This document shows positions 18,431-28,291 of a DNA stretch of 64,000 bases, in pieces. The notes below the pieces were generated by a model. That model was not told the DNA's origin and did no database searches. It saw nothing but the letters and a program-made list of their open reading frames with translations. Source of the DNA: an uncultured Aliarcobacter sp. GTDB lineage: Bacteria; Campylobacterota; Campylobacteria; Campylobacterales; Arcobacteraceae. Numbering within the stretch: the first letter of the stretch is position 1; every line of letters starts with the position of its first letter. Location: the NCBI GenBank assembly GCA_963677435.1, contig OY781945.1:2848001-2912000 (forward strand), written 5' to 3'. Position numbers and translations under genes: made by a program.

Positions 18431-19473
18431 CTTTTATTAATCGTAATGACATTTTATATGTTTCAATTAATGGTATAAGAAAATCAACTAAATTAAAATA
18501 TTCAAAAGAGAATATTAAAAAGTTTAAATCTTATTGTCAAGATGATGAGTTCTTACAAAAGTTTAATGTTAAAAAAAACAATGTTAAAACTCTTGTTCAA
18601 TGTTGTGTTTATGTTTTAGCAGATAAAGAAAAAACATTGAAACCGTCTTCTTATGATTCTTATTTTTCTTTGTTTACTAGTTTTATTGTACCTTATTTTA
18701 AAAATAAGTTAGTAACAGAGATTAAACCTCTTGATATTAATCATTTTTATAATACATTTAAAGATAAAAGTACTTTAAATACTTGTAATGTTATATTAAA
18801 ACTAGCATTTGAAAAAGCTATTTTGTCTGAATATATAAAAACTTCTCCTATTATAATTTCTAAGCCTAAAATTACAAGTAATTATGTGCCACAACCTTTT
18901 AACATGGAAGAATTAAAACTTATTCTTAATACTGCAACAGGTCAATTTTTAAATATATTGGGAATAGCTTTTTTTACAGGTATGAGAATAGGAGAAATAA
19001 TATCTCTTAAATGGATAGACATTGATTTTATAAATGAAACTATAGATATTAATACGACTATGTATCGTGGAAGATTACAGACACCTAAGACAATAGGTTC
19101 AAGAGCTGTTATTGATTTACCAATAGAAGCTAAACAATATTTCTTATCTCAAAGAAAAATGACTGGTTTAAAAGAGTATTTGTTCTATACTAGATTTAAT
19201 AAGCCTTATACTAATCATGCAAGTATTAATTTTAAGTTGTATTTACTTCTTAAAGAATTAAATTTAAATCAAAGAGGGATTCATCAAACTAGGCATACAT
19301 TTGCAAGTTTAAAGCTTTCCTATGGTGAGCAGTTAAATTGGGTTTCTTTTATGCTTAGACATGATAGTCCATCGTTTACGCAAAAAGTATATTATAAGTA
19401 TATTCCAAGAAAAAAAGAAAAAAGAGTAGTGTTTGAAATTGAGGATAACTCAAAAGATGCACATATAGTTTAA
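18427..19473 (+). CDS. int: Tyrosine recombinase / phage integrase
   Basis: TGMRIGE, PKT, HQTRHT, LRH and YYKY catalytic residues; 24 bp from attR. Confidence 0.93.
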   Translation: MTFINRNDILYVSINGIRKSTKLKYSKENIKKFKSYCQDDEFLQKFNVKKNNVKTLVQCCVYVLADKEKTLKPSSYDSYFSLFTSFIVPYFKNKLVTEIKPLDINHFYNTFKDKSTLNTCNVILKLAFEKAILSEYIKTSPIIISKPKITSNYVPQPFNMEELKLILNTATGQFLNILGIAFFTGMRIGEIISLKWIDIDFINETIDINTTMYRGRLQTPKTIGSRAVIDLPIEAKQYFLSQRKMTGLKEYLFYTRFNKPYTNHASINFKLYLLLKELNLNQRGIHQTRHTFASLKLSYGEQLNWVSFMLRHDSPSFTQKVYYKYIPRKKEKRVVFEIEDNSKDAHIV

Positions 19474-19497
19474 GGGGACGGTTATATCGTTCTCTTT

Positions 19498-19512
19498 TAT
19501 TAACAAAAATTT
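19498..19512 (+). repeat. attR core TATTAACAAAAATTT
   Basis: Identical to 6824-6838; just after the integrase stop. Confidence 0.8.
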
Positions 19513-19543
19513 TGTACAATAACAAAAAATAATTGGGGTTTAC

Positions 19544-20017
19544 ATGGATTTAATGAGTTATATTGATAAGGGTGGAATTATTGTTTATATTTTGATTATA
19601 TTAAATGTAATTGGATTTACTATTATTTTATGGAAATTTTTTACACTTCCTAGAAAAAATGCAATGATTAATAAGATAAAAAATAAAGTAACTATTAATT
19701 CATCTGTTTTATCTCAAATTGAATATGAAGTAAAAAAACTGGAATCAGGGTTAACTATTATAAAAAATATTGCAACTATTGCTCCACTTCTTGGACTTTT
19801 AGGAACAGTAATTGGAGTTTATAAATCATTTGAAGCTATAACTCAAAATGGTTTAGGAGATCCTACAATTTTCTCAAATGGAATTTCAATAGCTTTGATT
19901 ACAACAATTGCTGGTTTAATTGTTGCCATTCCTCACCAAATTGCTTACAATCATTTTATTTCAATGATTGATGGAATTGAATTAAAAGCTAAAAAAGAGC
20001 TAGTTGGGCAAGATTAA
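19544..20017 (+). CDS. exbB: MotA/TolQ/ExbB proton channel protein
   Basis: IAPLLGLLGTVIG and ALITTIAGLIVAIP motifs. Confidence 0.88.
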   Translation: MDLMSYIDKGGIIVYILIILNVIGFTIILWKFFTLPRKNAMINKIKNKVTINSSVLSQIEYEVKKLESGLTIIKNIATIAPLLGLLGTVIGVYKSFEAITQNGLGDPTIFSNGISIALITTIAGLIVAIPHQIAYNHFISMIDGIELKAKKELVGQD

Positions 20018-20018
20018 A

Positions 20019-20411
20019 ATGAAAAGAAGAGAATCTTTAGGTTTAGATTTAACACCTGTTATTGATGTTGTTTTTATTCTTTTAATCTTTTTTATCGTTA
20101 CTTCTGTTTTTAAAAAAGAAGAATTGGCCTTAATTTTGAATTTACCAACGGCAAATGCAAAAGAAATGAAAATTGATGAAGAACAAATTTTTATTGAACT
20201 TAGTCAAAATAAATTAGCTATAAAAGGAATTGAAGTATCATTTGCTTCTTTAGAAGATAATTTAAAAGCTATAAAAAACAAAGAGAAAGCCGTGATAGTA
20301 AGGATAGATAAAAAAGTAGAATATGAAAGAGTAGTAAAAGTATTAGATTTATTACAAAAATATAATCTTACAAACCTTGCTCTAGTTACAAATCAAGAAG
20401 CAAAAAACTAG
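20019..20411 (+). CDS. exbD: ExbD/TolR biopolymer transport protein
   Basis: LTPVIDVVFILLIFFIV and VRIDK motifs; start taken at ATG 20019. Confidence 0.88.
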   Translation: MKRRESLGLDLTPVIDVVFILLIFFIVTSVFKKEELALILNLPTANAKEMKIDEEQIFIELSQNKLAIKGIEVSFASLEDNLKAIKNKEKAVIVRIDKKVEYERVVKVLDLLQKYNLTNLALVTNQEAKN

Positions 20412-20624
20412 TCATAATAAAAGAATTTAACAATTTCTTAATAAAAGAGTACATTTTCTTATTTTTGTGCTATAATGTCTGCATTGAAAGATGGTTTAGG
20501 GTTCATCTATAGTTTATGTTTTTCTTGTAACGCTAGTTTTAAGTACACACTCAATCTAAAGAATTCTCAATTTTATATCTTCAACGCTTTAGAAATGAAG
20601 TATTTTAAAAAAAAAGGGGTTACA

Positions 20625-20843
20625 ATGGCAACATTAGTAAACGGAACAGTTAAATGGTTTAATAGCGAAAAAGGTTATGGTTTTATCGAGCAAGAAAATG
20701 GTGGGAAAGATGTATTCGTACATTACAGAAACATCAACAATTCTGGTTATGGAAGAGTTTCATTAAATGACGGTCAAAAAGTTACTTTTGAAGTTGGTCA
20801 AGGTGAAAAAGGTCTTCAAGCAGAAAACGTAACAGCTTTATAA
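20625..20843 (+). CDS. cspA: Cold-shock protein
   Basis: GTVKWFN, KGYGFI, DVFVH; start ATG 20625 after GGGG RBS; TG-C-TATAAT promoter at 20468-20476 gives a ~140-nt leader. Confidence 0.93.
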   Translation: MATLVNGTVKWFNSEKGYGFIEQENGGKDVFVHYRNINNSGYGRVSLNDGQKVTFEVGQGEKGLQAENVTAL

Positions 20844-20860
20844 TTTTAGCTTTACTATTT

Positions 20861-20897
20861 AAAAAGGGAAAGAGTTTTTACTCTTTCCCTTTTTTTT
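20861..20897. terminator. Bidirectional intrinsic terminator
   Basis: AAAAAGGGAAAGAGT...ACTCTTTCCCTTTTT between convergent genes. Confidence 0.85.
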
Positions 20898-21279
20898 ATT
20901 GTAATTTTTCTTCTTCTAATAACTGCCTATATTCATCATCAGTAAAAATTCTTGATTTTGTAATAAACTGATAACCTAAATCTATTTCTAGAGAAAATGA
21001 ATTCCCAAAAGCCGCTTTTTCAGCTCTTACATCTATTGTAATAAATGAATGTTTAAAGTACTCAAATTGATCTTTATCTATAAAAAATTCACAACCACAA
21101 ATTTCACCCATTTTTACATTACGACTAGGAACATAAAAATCGCCCTTTTCATAACACATAGGAGCAGTTCCATCACAGCAACCACCACTTTGGTTAAAGA
21201 CTAATTCACCGTGTAACTCTTTTAACTTTTCTATAACTTCTGCAGCTGCAGGCGTTACATCTACTCTTTGTGTTGACAT
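20896..21279 (-). CDS. DUF779 family protein (aldehyde dehydrogenase-associated)
   Basis: QSGGCCDGTAPMCY motif, FSLE; directly downstream of the ALDH gene. Confidence 0.85.
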   Translation of the reverse strand: MSTQRVDVTPAAAEVIEKLKELHGELVFNQSGGCCDGTAPMCYEKGDFYVPSRNVKMGEICGCEFFIDKDQFEYFKHSFITIDVRAEKAAFGNSFSLEIDLGYQFITKSRIFTDDEYRQLLEEEKLQ

Positions 21280-21300
21280 TTTATATCCTTTACACAACGA

Positions 21301-21337
21301 AAAAAACCCATAGAGGAGAACTTTCTATGGGTTTTTT
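21301..21337 (-). terminator. Hairpin after the aldehyde dehydrogenase gene
   Basis: AAAAAACCCATAGA...TCTATGGGTTTTTT. Confidence 0.75.
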
Positions 21338-21361
21338 GTATTTTTCTTTTAGAATTCAATC

Positions 21362-22858
21362 CTAAAAGAATCCTAATTTATTTTTATTGTAAGAAGTTAA
21401 AATATTTTTAGTATGTCTGTAAGAGTTTAACATCATCATGTGAGTTTCTCTTCCGATACCTGATTTTTTGTATCCACCAAATGATGCATGTGATGGATAG
21501 ATATGATAACAATTTACCCAAACTCTTCCAGCTTCAATTCCTCTTGAGAATTTATGTAATTGGTGAGCATCTCTTGACCAAACACCTGAACCTAATCCAT
21601 AAATTGTATCATTTGCAATTGCTAATGCTTCTTCTTCATCTTTAAAAGTTGTAACAGCAAGTACAGGTCCAAAAATTTCTTCTTGGAAAATTCTCATTTT
21701 GTTATGACCTTTGAATAGTGTTGGTTGAATATAGAAACCATTTGGATTAGTTTCTGATTCGTAAACATCACCACCGATTAATAATTCAGCACCCTCTTCT
21801 TTACCAATTTTGATATATTCAGTAATTTTTTCTTTTTGATTTAAAGAACATTGAGCACCCATCATACAATCTGTATCTAAAGGATTTCCTAATTTAATAG
21901 CTTTTACTCTTTCAAGTACTCTTGCCATAAATGGCTCATAAATTGACTCTTGAATTAATGCTCTTGATGGACAAGTACAAACTTCTCCTGAGTTAAATGC
22001 AAACAGTACTAAACCTTCAATTGCTTTATCAAAGAATTCATCATCTGCGTCCATAATTGATTCTAGGAAGATATTTGGTGATTTTCCACCAAGTTCTAAA
22101 GTTGAAGGAATAATATTTTCAGTAGCATATTGCATAATTAACTGACCAGTTGTAGTTTCACCAGTGAATCCAACTTTTTTAACTAATGGGTGAGTTGAAA
22201 GGAATTTACCAATTTTTCCACCAGCACCATTAATAATGTTAATAACACCTTTTGGTAATACATCTTGTACTGCTTCCATTAATAATAAAATTGACATAGG
22301 AGTAGCAGATGCAGGTTTCATAACAACACAATTTCCAGCAGCAATTGCAGGAGCTAATTTCCATGCAGCCATTAATAATGGGAAATTCCAAGGAATAATT
22401 TGTGCAACAACACCATATGGCTCATGAATTTCTTGAGAGATTGTATTTTCATCTAAATCTGAAACCGTTCCTGATTCTGCTCTAATAACTGATGCAAAAT
22501 ATCTAAAATGATCTACAACTAAAGGAACATCTGCATTTAAAGTTTCTCTAATCGCTTTACCATTATCTAAAGTTTCCGCAATTGCAAGTTTTTCTAAATT
22601 TGCTTCAATTGCATCTGCCATTTTATTTAATAAGTTACTTCTTTCAACAACAGATGTGTGTTTAAAAGATTGAAATGCTTTATCAGCAGCAAAAATTGCA
22701 GCTTCAACATCTGCTTCATTTGATCTTGGAATTCTTGTTAAGATTTCACCATCAACTGGAGAAATATTATCAAAATACTCACCACTTGTTGGAGCAACCC
22801 ATTCTCCACCGATGAAGTTCTCATATTGAGCTTTATATGTTGGTTTACTGTAAATCAT
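21362..22858 (-). CDS. aldB: NAD-dependent (acet)aldehyde dehydrogenase, AldB/ExaC type
   Basis: IIPWNFP, FTGETTTG, LELGGKSP, GEVCTCPSR, EEIFGPV. Confidence 0.92.
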   Translation of the reverse strand: MIYSKPTYKAQYENFIGGEWVAPTSGEYFDNISPVDGEILTRIPRSNEADVEAAIFAADKAFQSFKHTSVVERSNLLNKMADAIEANLEKLAIAETLDNGKAIRETLNADVPLVVDHFRYFASVIRAESGTVSDLDENTISQEIHEPYGVVAQIIPWNFPLLMAAWKLAPAIAAGNCVVMKPASATPMSILLLMEAVQDVLPKGVINIINGAGGKIGKFLSTHPLVKKVGFTGETTTGQLIMQYATENIIPSTLELGGKSPNIFLESIMDADDEFFDKAIEGLVLFAFNSGEVCTCPSRALIQESIYEPFMARVLERVKAIKLGNPLDTDCMMGAQCSLNQKEKITEYIKIGKEEGAELLIGGDVYESETNPNGFYIQPTLFKGHNKMRIFQEEIFGPVLAVTTFKDEEEALAIANDTIYGLGSGVWSRDAHQLHKFSRGIEAGRVWVNCYHIYPSHASFGGYKKSGIGRETHMMMLNSYRHTKNILTSYNKNKLGFF

Positions 22859-22932
22859 TTTAATATCCTTTTTGTTTAATTATATTTTGAAAAGAGTGTT
22901 AAATTTATTAACTAATCTTTTCACATAACGAA

Positions 22933-22986
22933 ATTCTACACGACAATTATAGCATGAATAAAGCCATAGTATAGCATAAGTATAGC
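22933..22986 (-). promoter_or_regulatory. ALDH promoter: four GCTA boxes at 11-bp period plus -10
   Basis: Sense: GCTATACTTAT GCTATACTATG GCTTTATTCAT GCTATAATTGTCGTG TAGAAT. Confidence 0.8.
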
Positions 22987-23078
22987 GGTGCTAAGTTTTG
23001 TTACAAAATACCGTATTTTCAAGCTTTTTATGATTTTTTTTTCTTTGAAAAATTTAAATTATCTGCTACAATTTTTTT

Positions 23079-24989
23079 ATGAAAACATATAATTACACAT
23101 TAAATAAGAAGCCTTTAGATGAATTGATAGATTTTTCTTTATTCAAAGATGAAAAAAATATATTAGTTCAAATATTTTGTGGTGATAAAAAGAATATTTT
23201 AGAAGAAATATTAAATATTATTACAAAACAACTACCTCATGCTATTTGCATTGGTTCTTCAACAGATGGAGAGATAAATAATGCTGAAATTACGACACTC
23301 AAAACAGTAATATCAATCTCAACTTTTGAAAAGACTACATTAAAAACAATTCATATTGATGAAGAGAACTCTTTTAAAAATGGAGTTTTACTTGCTCAAG
23401 CTTTATGTTGTGAAAATACAAAACTACTATTAACATTCACAGATGGTGGAACAACAAATGGTGAAGAGTTTTTAAATGGTATCGCTTCAATTAATAATAG
23501 TGTTTTAGTTTCAGGTGGAATGGCTGGAGATAATGCTCATTTTACTCAAACATTTATCTCTTCTCAAAATAACATATTAACAAGAGGATCTGTTGGAGTA
23601 TCTTTTAATTCAGATTATTTAAAAGTGTGTAATGCATATAACTTTAACTGGTCTCCAATTGGAATAGAACATGAAATTGAAGAAGTTGATGGGAATAGAG
23701 TATATAAAATTGATGGTTTAAAACCTTTAGATTTTTATAAAAAATATTTAGGAGAATATGTTGCTAAATCTCTTCCTGCAACTGGAATTGAATTTCCATT
23801 AATTGTACAAAAAAATAATATCCCTCTAGCAAGGGCAGTTATTGCAAAACATGATGATGGAAGTTTAAGTTTTGCAGGAAATTTACATAAAGGTGACATT
23901 GTAAAATTAGGTTTTGGTAATGTTGAACTAATGATGAATAATCCTCTTAAATCTTTATTTAACAAATGTAAAATAAAAAATACTGAATCATTTTTTATAT
24001 ACGCATGTATGGCAAGAAGAAGATATATGCCAAATCTTATTGATGTTGAGATTAGCCCATTTTCTCAAATTGCTACTACTTCTGGTTTTTTTACCTATGG
24101 AGAATTTTATCATCACCATGACCATAATGAGTTATTAAATCAAACTTTAACAGTTCTTGCTCTTAGTGAAAAAGAGATAGAACAAGAAGATGAAGGAAAT
24201 GATAAAGAGTTACAAGATACAACACTAAGTGACCATGCTAGAAGTTTACAAGCACTTACACATTTAATTCAACAATCTTCAGAAGATTACAGTAAACAAT
24301 CAAAAGAGTTAGAAATTGGAAATACTTATGCACAGAATTTAATTACTGCACAAAAACAGTTTTTAAAATATGCTATTCATGAAACAAATACACCATTATC
24401 AATTATTATGGGTAATATTGATATGTTTGAAATTCAATTTGGGAAAAATAAATATCTAACAAATATTGAAATCGCTATGAAAAATATCTTTAGTATTTAT
24501 GATGATTTGAGTTATTTAGTAAAAAAAGATCAAGTTAATAAAGCAACTCATAGAATAAATTTAATTGATTTCATAAGAAGTAGAATAGATTTTTTTACCC
24601 AAACAGCAATTAGATTTAAATCAAAATTTGAATTCATTTGTAATTATGATGAAATTATTTTAAATTTTAATGAGATAAAACTTCAAAGAATTGTAGATAA
24701 TAATCTTACAAATGCAATCAAATATACCTTACCAAATGAGACAATATATGTAATTTTACGAATATTTAATAAAGAGGATTGTGATTTAATAATAGAGAGT
24801 CGTTCAGCTCAAATTTTAGATCCTCAAAAAATATTTGAAGAGTATTATAGAGAAGAGGTTTCTCAAGAAGGTTTTGGACTTGGATTAAATTTAGTAAAAA
24901 GAATCTGTAGTGAAGAAAATGTTGGAATTAAACTAGAATCTGGTGAAAATTGGGCTTCATTCACTTACACTTTTAAAGGAGTATTATGA
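23079..24989 (+). CDS. FIST-domain cytoplasmic sensor histidine kinase
   Basis: GSSTDGEI, SGGMAGD, GFFTYGEF, NQT FIST motifs; H-box HETNTPL; NAIKY; GFGLGL. Confidence 0.88.
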   Translation: MKTYNYTLNKKPLDELIDFSLFKDEKNILVQIFCGDKKNILEEILNIITKQLPHAICIGSSTDGEINNAEITTLKTVISISTFEKTTLKTIHIDEENSFKNGVLLAQALCCENTKLLLTFTDGGTTNGEEFLNGIASINNSVLVSGGMAGDNAHFTQTFISSQNNILTRGSVGVSFNSDYLKVCNAYNFNWSPIGIEHEIEEVDGNRVYKIDGLKPLDFYKKYLGEYVAKSLPATGIEFPLIVQKNNIPLARAVIAKHDDGSLSFAGNLHKGDIVKLGFGNVELMMNNPLKSLFNKCKIKNTESFFIYACMARRRYMPNLIDVEISPFSQIATTSGFFTYGEFYHHHDHNELLNQTLTVLALSEKEIEQEDEGNDKELQDTTLSDHARSLQALTHLIQQSSEDYSKQSKELEIGNTYAQNLITAQKQFLKYAIHETNTPLSIIMGNIDMFEIQFGKNKYLTNIEIAMKNIFSIYDDLSYLVKKDQVNKATHRINLIDFIRSRIDFFTQTAIRFKSKFEFICNYDEIILNFNEIKLQRIVDNNLTNAIKYTLPNETIYVILRIFNKEDCDLIIESRSAQILDPQKIFEEYYREEVSQEGFGLGLNLVKRICSEENVGIKLESGENWASFTYTFKGVL

Positions 24990-25645
24990 AAATCTTATTA
25001 GTTGAAGATGATATTATGTTAAATGAGATGATAACAGAATATATAGCATCAACAGGTCATGTAATAAAAAGTGCAAAAACAGGAATGGAGTCACTGGAAA
25101 TTCTAGAAAAAGAGAAGTTTGATTTATTGATTTTAGATATTAATCTTCCTGATATTGATGGATTTACAATTTTAGAAAGATTACACGAACAAAAAAGAAT
25201 GGTTCCAACTATTTATATTTCTGCATTAATTGATATTGAAGAGATTTCAAGAGCTTTTGATTTAGGATGTTTTGATTATTTGAAAAAACCATTTCACTTA
25301 AAAGAGTTAACTTTACGAATTAACAAAATTTTAAAAACAAGAATAGTTCCCCAAAGACATAAAAGGTTATCAAAACATTATAGTTTTGACTCAGAGAACA
25401 TGACTCTTTTATACAACAATGAACCGCATATTTTACCAAAAAGACAACTTCAAATAATAGAACTGTTAGCCCTTAACAGAAGTTTAGTTGTTCAATACGA
25501 TATGTTTAGAACCTATGTTTGGAATGATGATTATATTGATAATGCAACAATAAGAGCAGAAGTGAATAGAGTAAAAACAGTTTTAAGGGAAGATTTTATA
25601 AAAAATATTCGTGGAAGTGGATATATGATTGAAAGACCTGAATAA
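24986..25645 (+). CDS. OmpR/PhoB-family response regulator
   Basis: LLVEDD, LDINLP, KPF receiver; C-terminal winged helix IKNIRGSGY; coupled to the kinase. Confidence 0.9.
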   Translation: MKILLVEDDIMLNEMITEYIASTGHVIKSAKTGMESLEILEKEKFDLLILDINLPDIDGFTILERLHEQKRMVPTIYISALIDIEEISRAFDLGCFDYLKKPFHLKELTLRINKILKTRIVPQRHKRLSKHYSFDSENMTLLYNNEPHILPKRQLQIIELLALNRSLVVQYDMFRTYVWNDDYIDNATIRAEVNRVKTVLREDFIKNIRGSGYMIERPE

Positions 25646-25677
25646 AAACTATCTTCAATATTTTGAAGATAGTTTTA
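25645..25677. terminator. Bidirectional hairpin between convergent genes
   Basis: AAAACTATCTTCAA...TTGAAGATAGTTTT. Confidence 0.7.
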
Positions 25678-25686
25678 TAAAATAGA

Positions 25687-26703
25687 TTAGTTAGTTTTTA
25701 GCATTTCCCAATATTTTTCATACACTGGTAAAGCTTCTCCTACATCTAATTGAAGTTCACTATTTACTAAATCTTCTTCATTTGGATAAATCATTCTATT
25801 ATTTCTTGTTTTTTCATCTAAAAGTTCTAAAGTTTTTGCATTTGGAGAGGCATAACCAATCTCTTCACTAATTACTTTTGATACTTCAGGTTTTAATAAA
25901 TAATTGATAAAAGCTAAAGCATTATCAATATTTTTCGCACCTTTTGGAATAACTAAAGAATCAATCCATAAAAGAGCACCCTCTTTTGGATAGATATATT
26001 TAATCGCTTCATTCTCTTCATTTGCCATGAATCCCTCACCATTGAAGTTCATTCCAAGTTTTACTTCTTCATTTAAATAAACTTGTTTTTGAGATTCTGA
26101 ATAAAACATTTTTACATTTGGTAAAAGTTCTTTTAATTTTTTATAAGCTTCTTCTATCTCTTTTGGATTTGTTGAGTTTGAAGAGTATCCTAAAACTTTA
26201 AGAGCCATTCCAAAAACTTCTCTCATATCATCATTTAAAAGAATGCTATTTTTATATTCAGGATTCCATAAATTTTTCCATGAATCAATCTTGTCACTTA
26301 CTAAATTAGCGTTATAACTAATTCCTGTACTTCCCCATACATAAGGAATTGAATAATCATTATTTGGATCAAATGGTCTTGATAAAAGTTTTTTATCAAG
26401 ATTTTTATAATTTGGAAGTTTTGATTTATCAAGTTTTACTAACAAATTTTCTTTACTCATTTTATTTACATAATAAGTTGAAGGAACAATAACATCATAA
26501 CTTGAAGTACCAATCGTTTTGATTTTTGCATACATAGCTTCATTTGAATCATAAGTTGAATACTTAACTTTAATACCTGTCTCTTTTGTAAAGTTTTTCA
26601 ATACTGAATCGGGCATATATTCAGACCAGTTATATACATAAAGCACTTTTTCATTTGCGAAAAGTGTCAAAACAAGTGACATAAAAATAAAAATTAATTT
26701 CAT
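25687..26703 (-). CDS. potD: Spermidine/putrescine-binding protein
   Basis: YNWSEY, YDSNE, YSIPYVWG, PKEG motifs. Confidence 0.9.
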   Translation of the reverse strand: MKLIFIFMSLVLTLFANEKVLYVYNWSEYMPDSVLKNFTKETGIKVKYSTYDSNEAMYAKIKTIGTSSYDVIVPSTYYVNKMSKENLLVKLDKSKLPNYKNLDKKLLSRPFDPNNDYSIPYVWGSTGISYNANLVSDKIDSWKNLWNPEYKNSILLNDDMREVFGMALKVLGYSSNSTNPKEIEEAYKKLKELLPNVKMFYSESQKQVYLNEEVKLGMNFNGEGFMANEENEAIKYIYPKEGALLWIDSLVIPKGAKNIDNALAFINYLLKPEVSKVISEEIGYASPNAKTLELLDEKTRNNRMIYPNEEDLVNSELQLDVGEALPVYEKYWEMLKTN

Positions 26704-27455
26704 TTTTTCTCCTTAATTAAAAATTGGGTAAATAATACCATAAGCAATGTGAAAACAAACATGATTGTACAAAGTGCATTTATCTCAGGTTTAACTCCTA
26801 GTTTTACCATTGAATATATTTTTAATGGCAAAATTTCATAATCAGGTCCTGTTACAAAAAAGCTAATAATCACATCATCAAATGACAAAGTTAAACTTAG
26901 TAAAAATCCAGCAATGATTGCAGGGATTATATTTGGCAAGATTATATTTGTAAATGTAATAAATTCTGAAGCTCCTAAATCTTTTGCAGCTTCTATAATA
27001 TTTTTATCAAAGCCATTTAATCTAGCCATTACAGTTACGATTACAAAAGGCAAACAAAATGTAATATGAGCAATAAGTAATGTAATAAATCCCAATGGTA
27101 AAGATATAAAAACGAATAACATTAAAAGTGAAATTCCCATCACAATTTCAGGGGACATGATTAAAACATAAACCAATGATTGCATTAATTTTTTTCCAAA
27201 AAAGTCATATCTATAAAGTGCTAAAGCGCCAAGAGTTCCCAGAATTGTAGCTATTACTGCTGATACAAAAGCCACACTAATTGAGTGCCATGCAGCTTCA
27301 AGAAGTGAATCATATGACATTAAATTTTCATACCAAATAGTACTAAATCCTTTCCATGCAACACTATATTTTGAACTATTAAATGAATAAATTATTAATA
27401 CGATTATTGGAAAATATAAAAGAGTATAAATAAAACTTGAATATAGTTTTCTCAT
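26700..27455 (-). CDS. potC: Polyamine ABC permease
   Basis: EAAKDLGA loop, LSFDD, PEINAL. Confidence 0.9.
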   Translation of the reverse strand: MRKLYSSFIYTLLYFPIIVLIIYSFNSSKYSVAWKGFSTIWYENLMSYDSLLEAAWHSISVAFVSAVIATILGTLGALALYRYDFFGKKLMQSLVYVLIMSPEIVMGISLLMLFVFISLPLGFITLLIAHITFCLPFVIVTVMARLNGFDKNIIEAAKDLGASEFITFTNIILPNIIPAIIAGFLLSLTLSFDDVIISFFVTGPDYEILPLKIYSMVKLGVKPEINALCTIMFVFTLLMVLFTQFLIKEKK

Positions 27456-28291
27456 TTATTATCCTTCTGAACTTTTGCAAGAAGAGCTAACATAATGAAC
27501 ATAATGATTAATAAAATAACCGATGCTGCTGATCCAAATGGCCAATCTCTAAATTGTAAAAACTGATTTCGTATAAAACTTCCAATAATTAACTCTTTTG
27601 CTCCACCTAAAATATCTGGTATAAAAAACATTCCAAGTGCTGGTAAAAATACTAAAGTACTTCCAGCAATTATTCCAGGAAGAGATAGTGGAATAATAAT
27701 AGTTTTAAAAGTATTTAATTTTGATGCACCCAAATCTCTTGCTGCTTCCACTAATCTAAAATCTATTTTTTCAATAGATACATATAAAGGTAAAATCATA
27801 AAAGGAAGTAAAGTATAAACCATTCCTATAAATACAGCTGTTTGTGAATACATGATTTGTAAAGGTTCATTGATTATTCCAATCCATATCAAAAAAGTAT
27901 TCAAAAGACCATTTGTTTTTAAAATTGCTATTAAGGCATAAGTTCGCACTAATGAACTTGTCCAAAATGGAATTATCACTAATAATAAAAGTAAAAACTT
28001 GAACTTTTTTGGAGCAGTTGCAATAATATATGCAAAAGGGTAAGCCAAAACAAGTGTTATACAAGTTGTAACAACAGCTATATATAATGAATCCAAAAAT
28101 ACAGATAAATACATAGGATTAAAAAGTTTTAAATAACTTTCACTTGATGCTGTAAAAATTAAAAATTCATTATCACCTTTAGTTAAAAAACTACTTACAA
28201 ATACAAGTAAATTCGGTAATAATGCAAACAATAAAAGCCAAAACACAACTGAAAATACTGATATTTTTGCAAATAAAGAGAGTTTATTCAT
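27452..28291 (-). CDS. potB: Polyamine ABC permease
   Basis: IPFWTSSLVRTYA, EAARDLGA, DWPFGSA. Confidence 0.9.
   Translation of the reverse strand: MNKLSLFAKISVFSVVFWLLLFALLPNLLVFVSSFLTKGDNEFLIFTASSESYLKLFNPMYLSVFLDSLYIAVVTTCITLVLAYPFAYIIATAPKKFKFLLLLLVIIPFWTSSLVRTYALIAILKTNGLLNTFLIWIGIINEPLQIMYSQTAVFIGMVYTLLPFMILPLYVSIEKIDFRLVEAARDLGASKLNTFKTIIIPLSLPGIIAGSTLVFLPALGMFFIPDILGGAKELIIGSFIRNQFLQFRDWPFGSAASVILLIIMFIMLALLAKVQKDNK

Larger units (their letters stand above)
6824..19512. mobile_element. Integrated filamentous (inovirus-like) prophage with its own tyrosine integrase
   Basis: Coat, pIII-like, pVI-like, Zot/pI ATPase, secretin, HUH Rep, Xis and Int in one block flanked by a 15-bp direct repeat; T-rich third codon positions in structural genes. 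Confidence 0.93.

Noticed and set aside
20475..20624. 50-aa N-terminal extension of the cold-shock protein
   Set aside because: The upstream ATG overlaps the TATAAT box; the cold-shock domain and RBS point to ATG 20625
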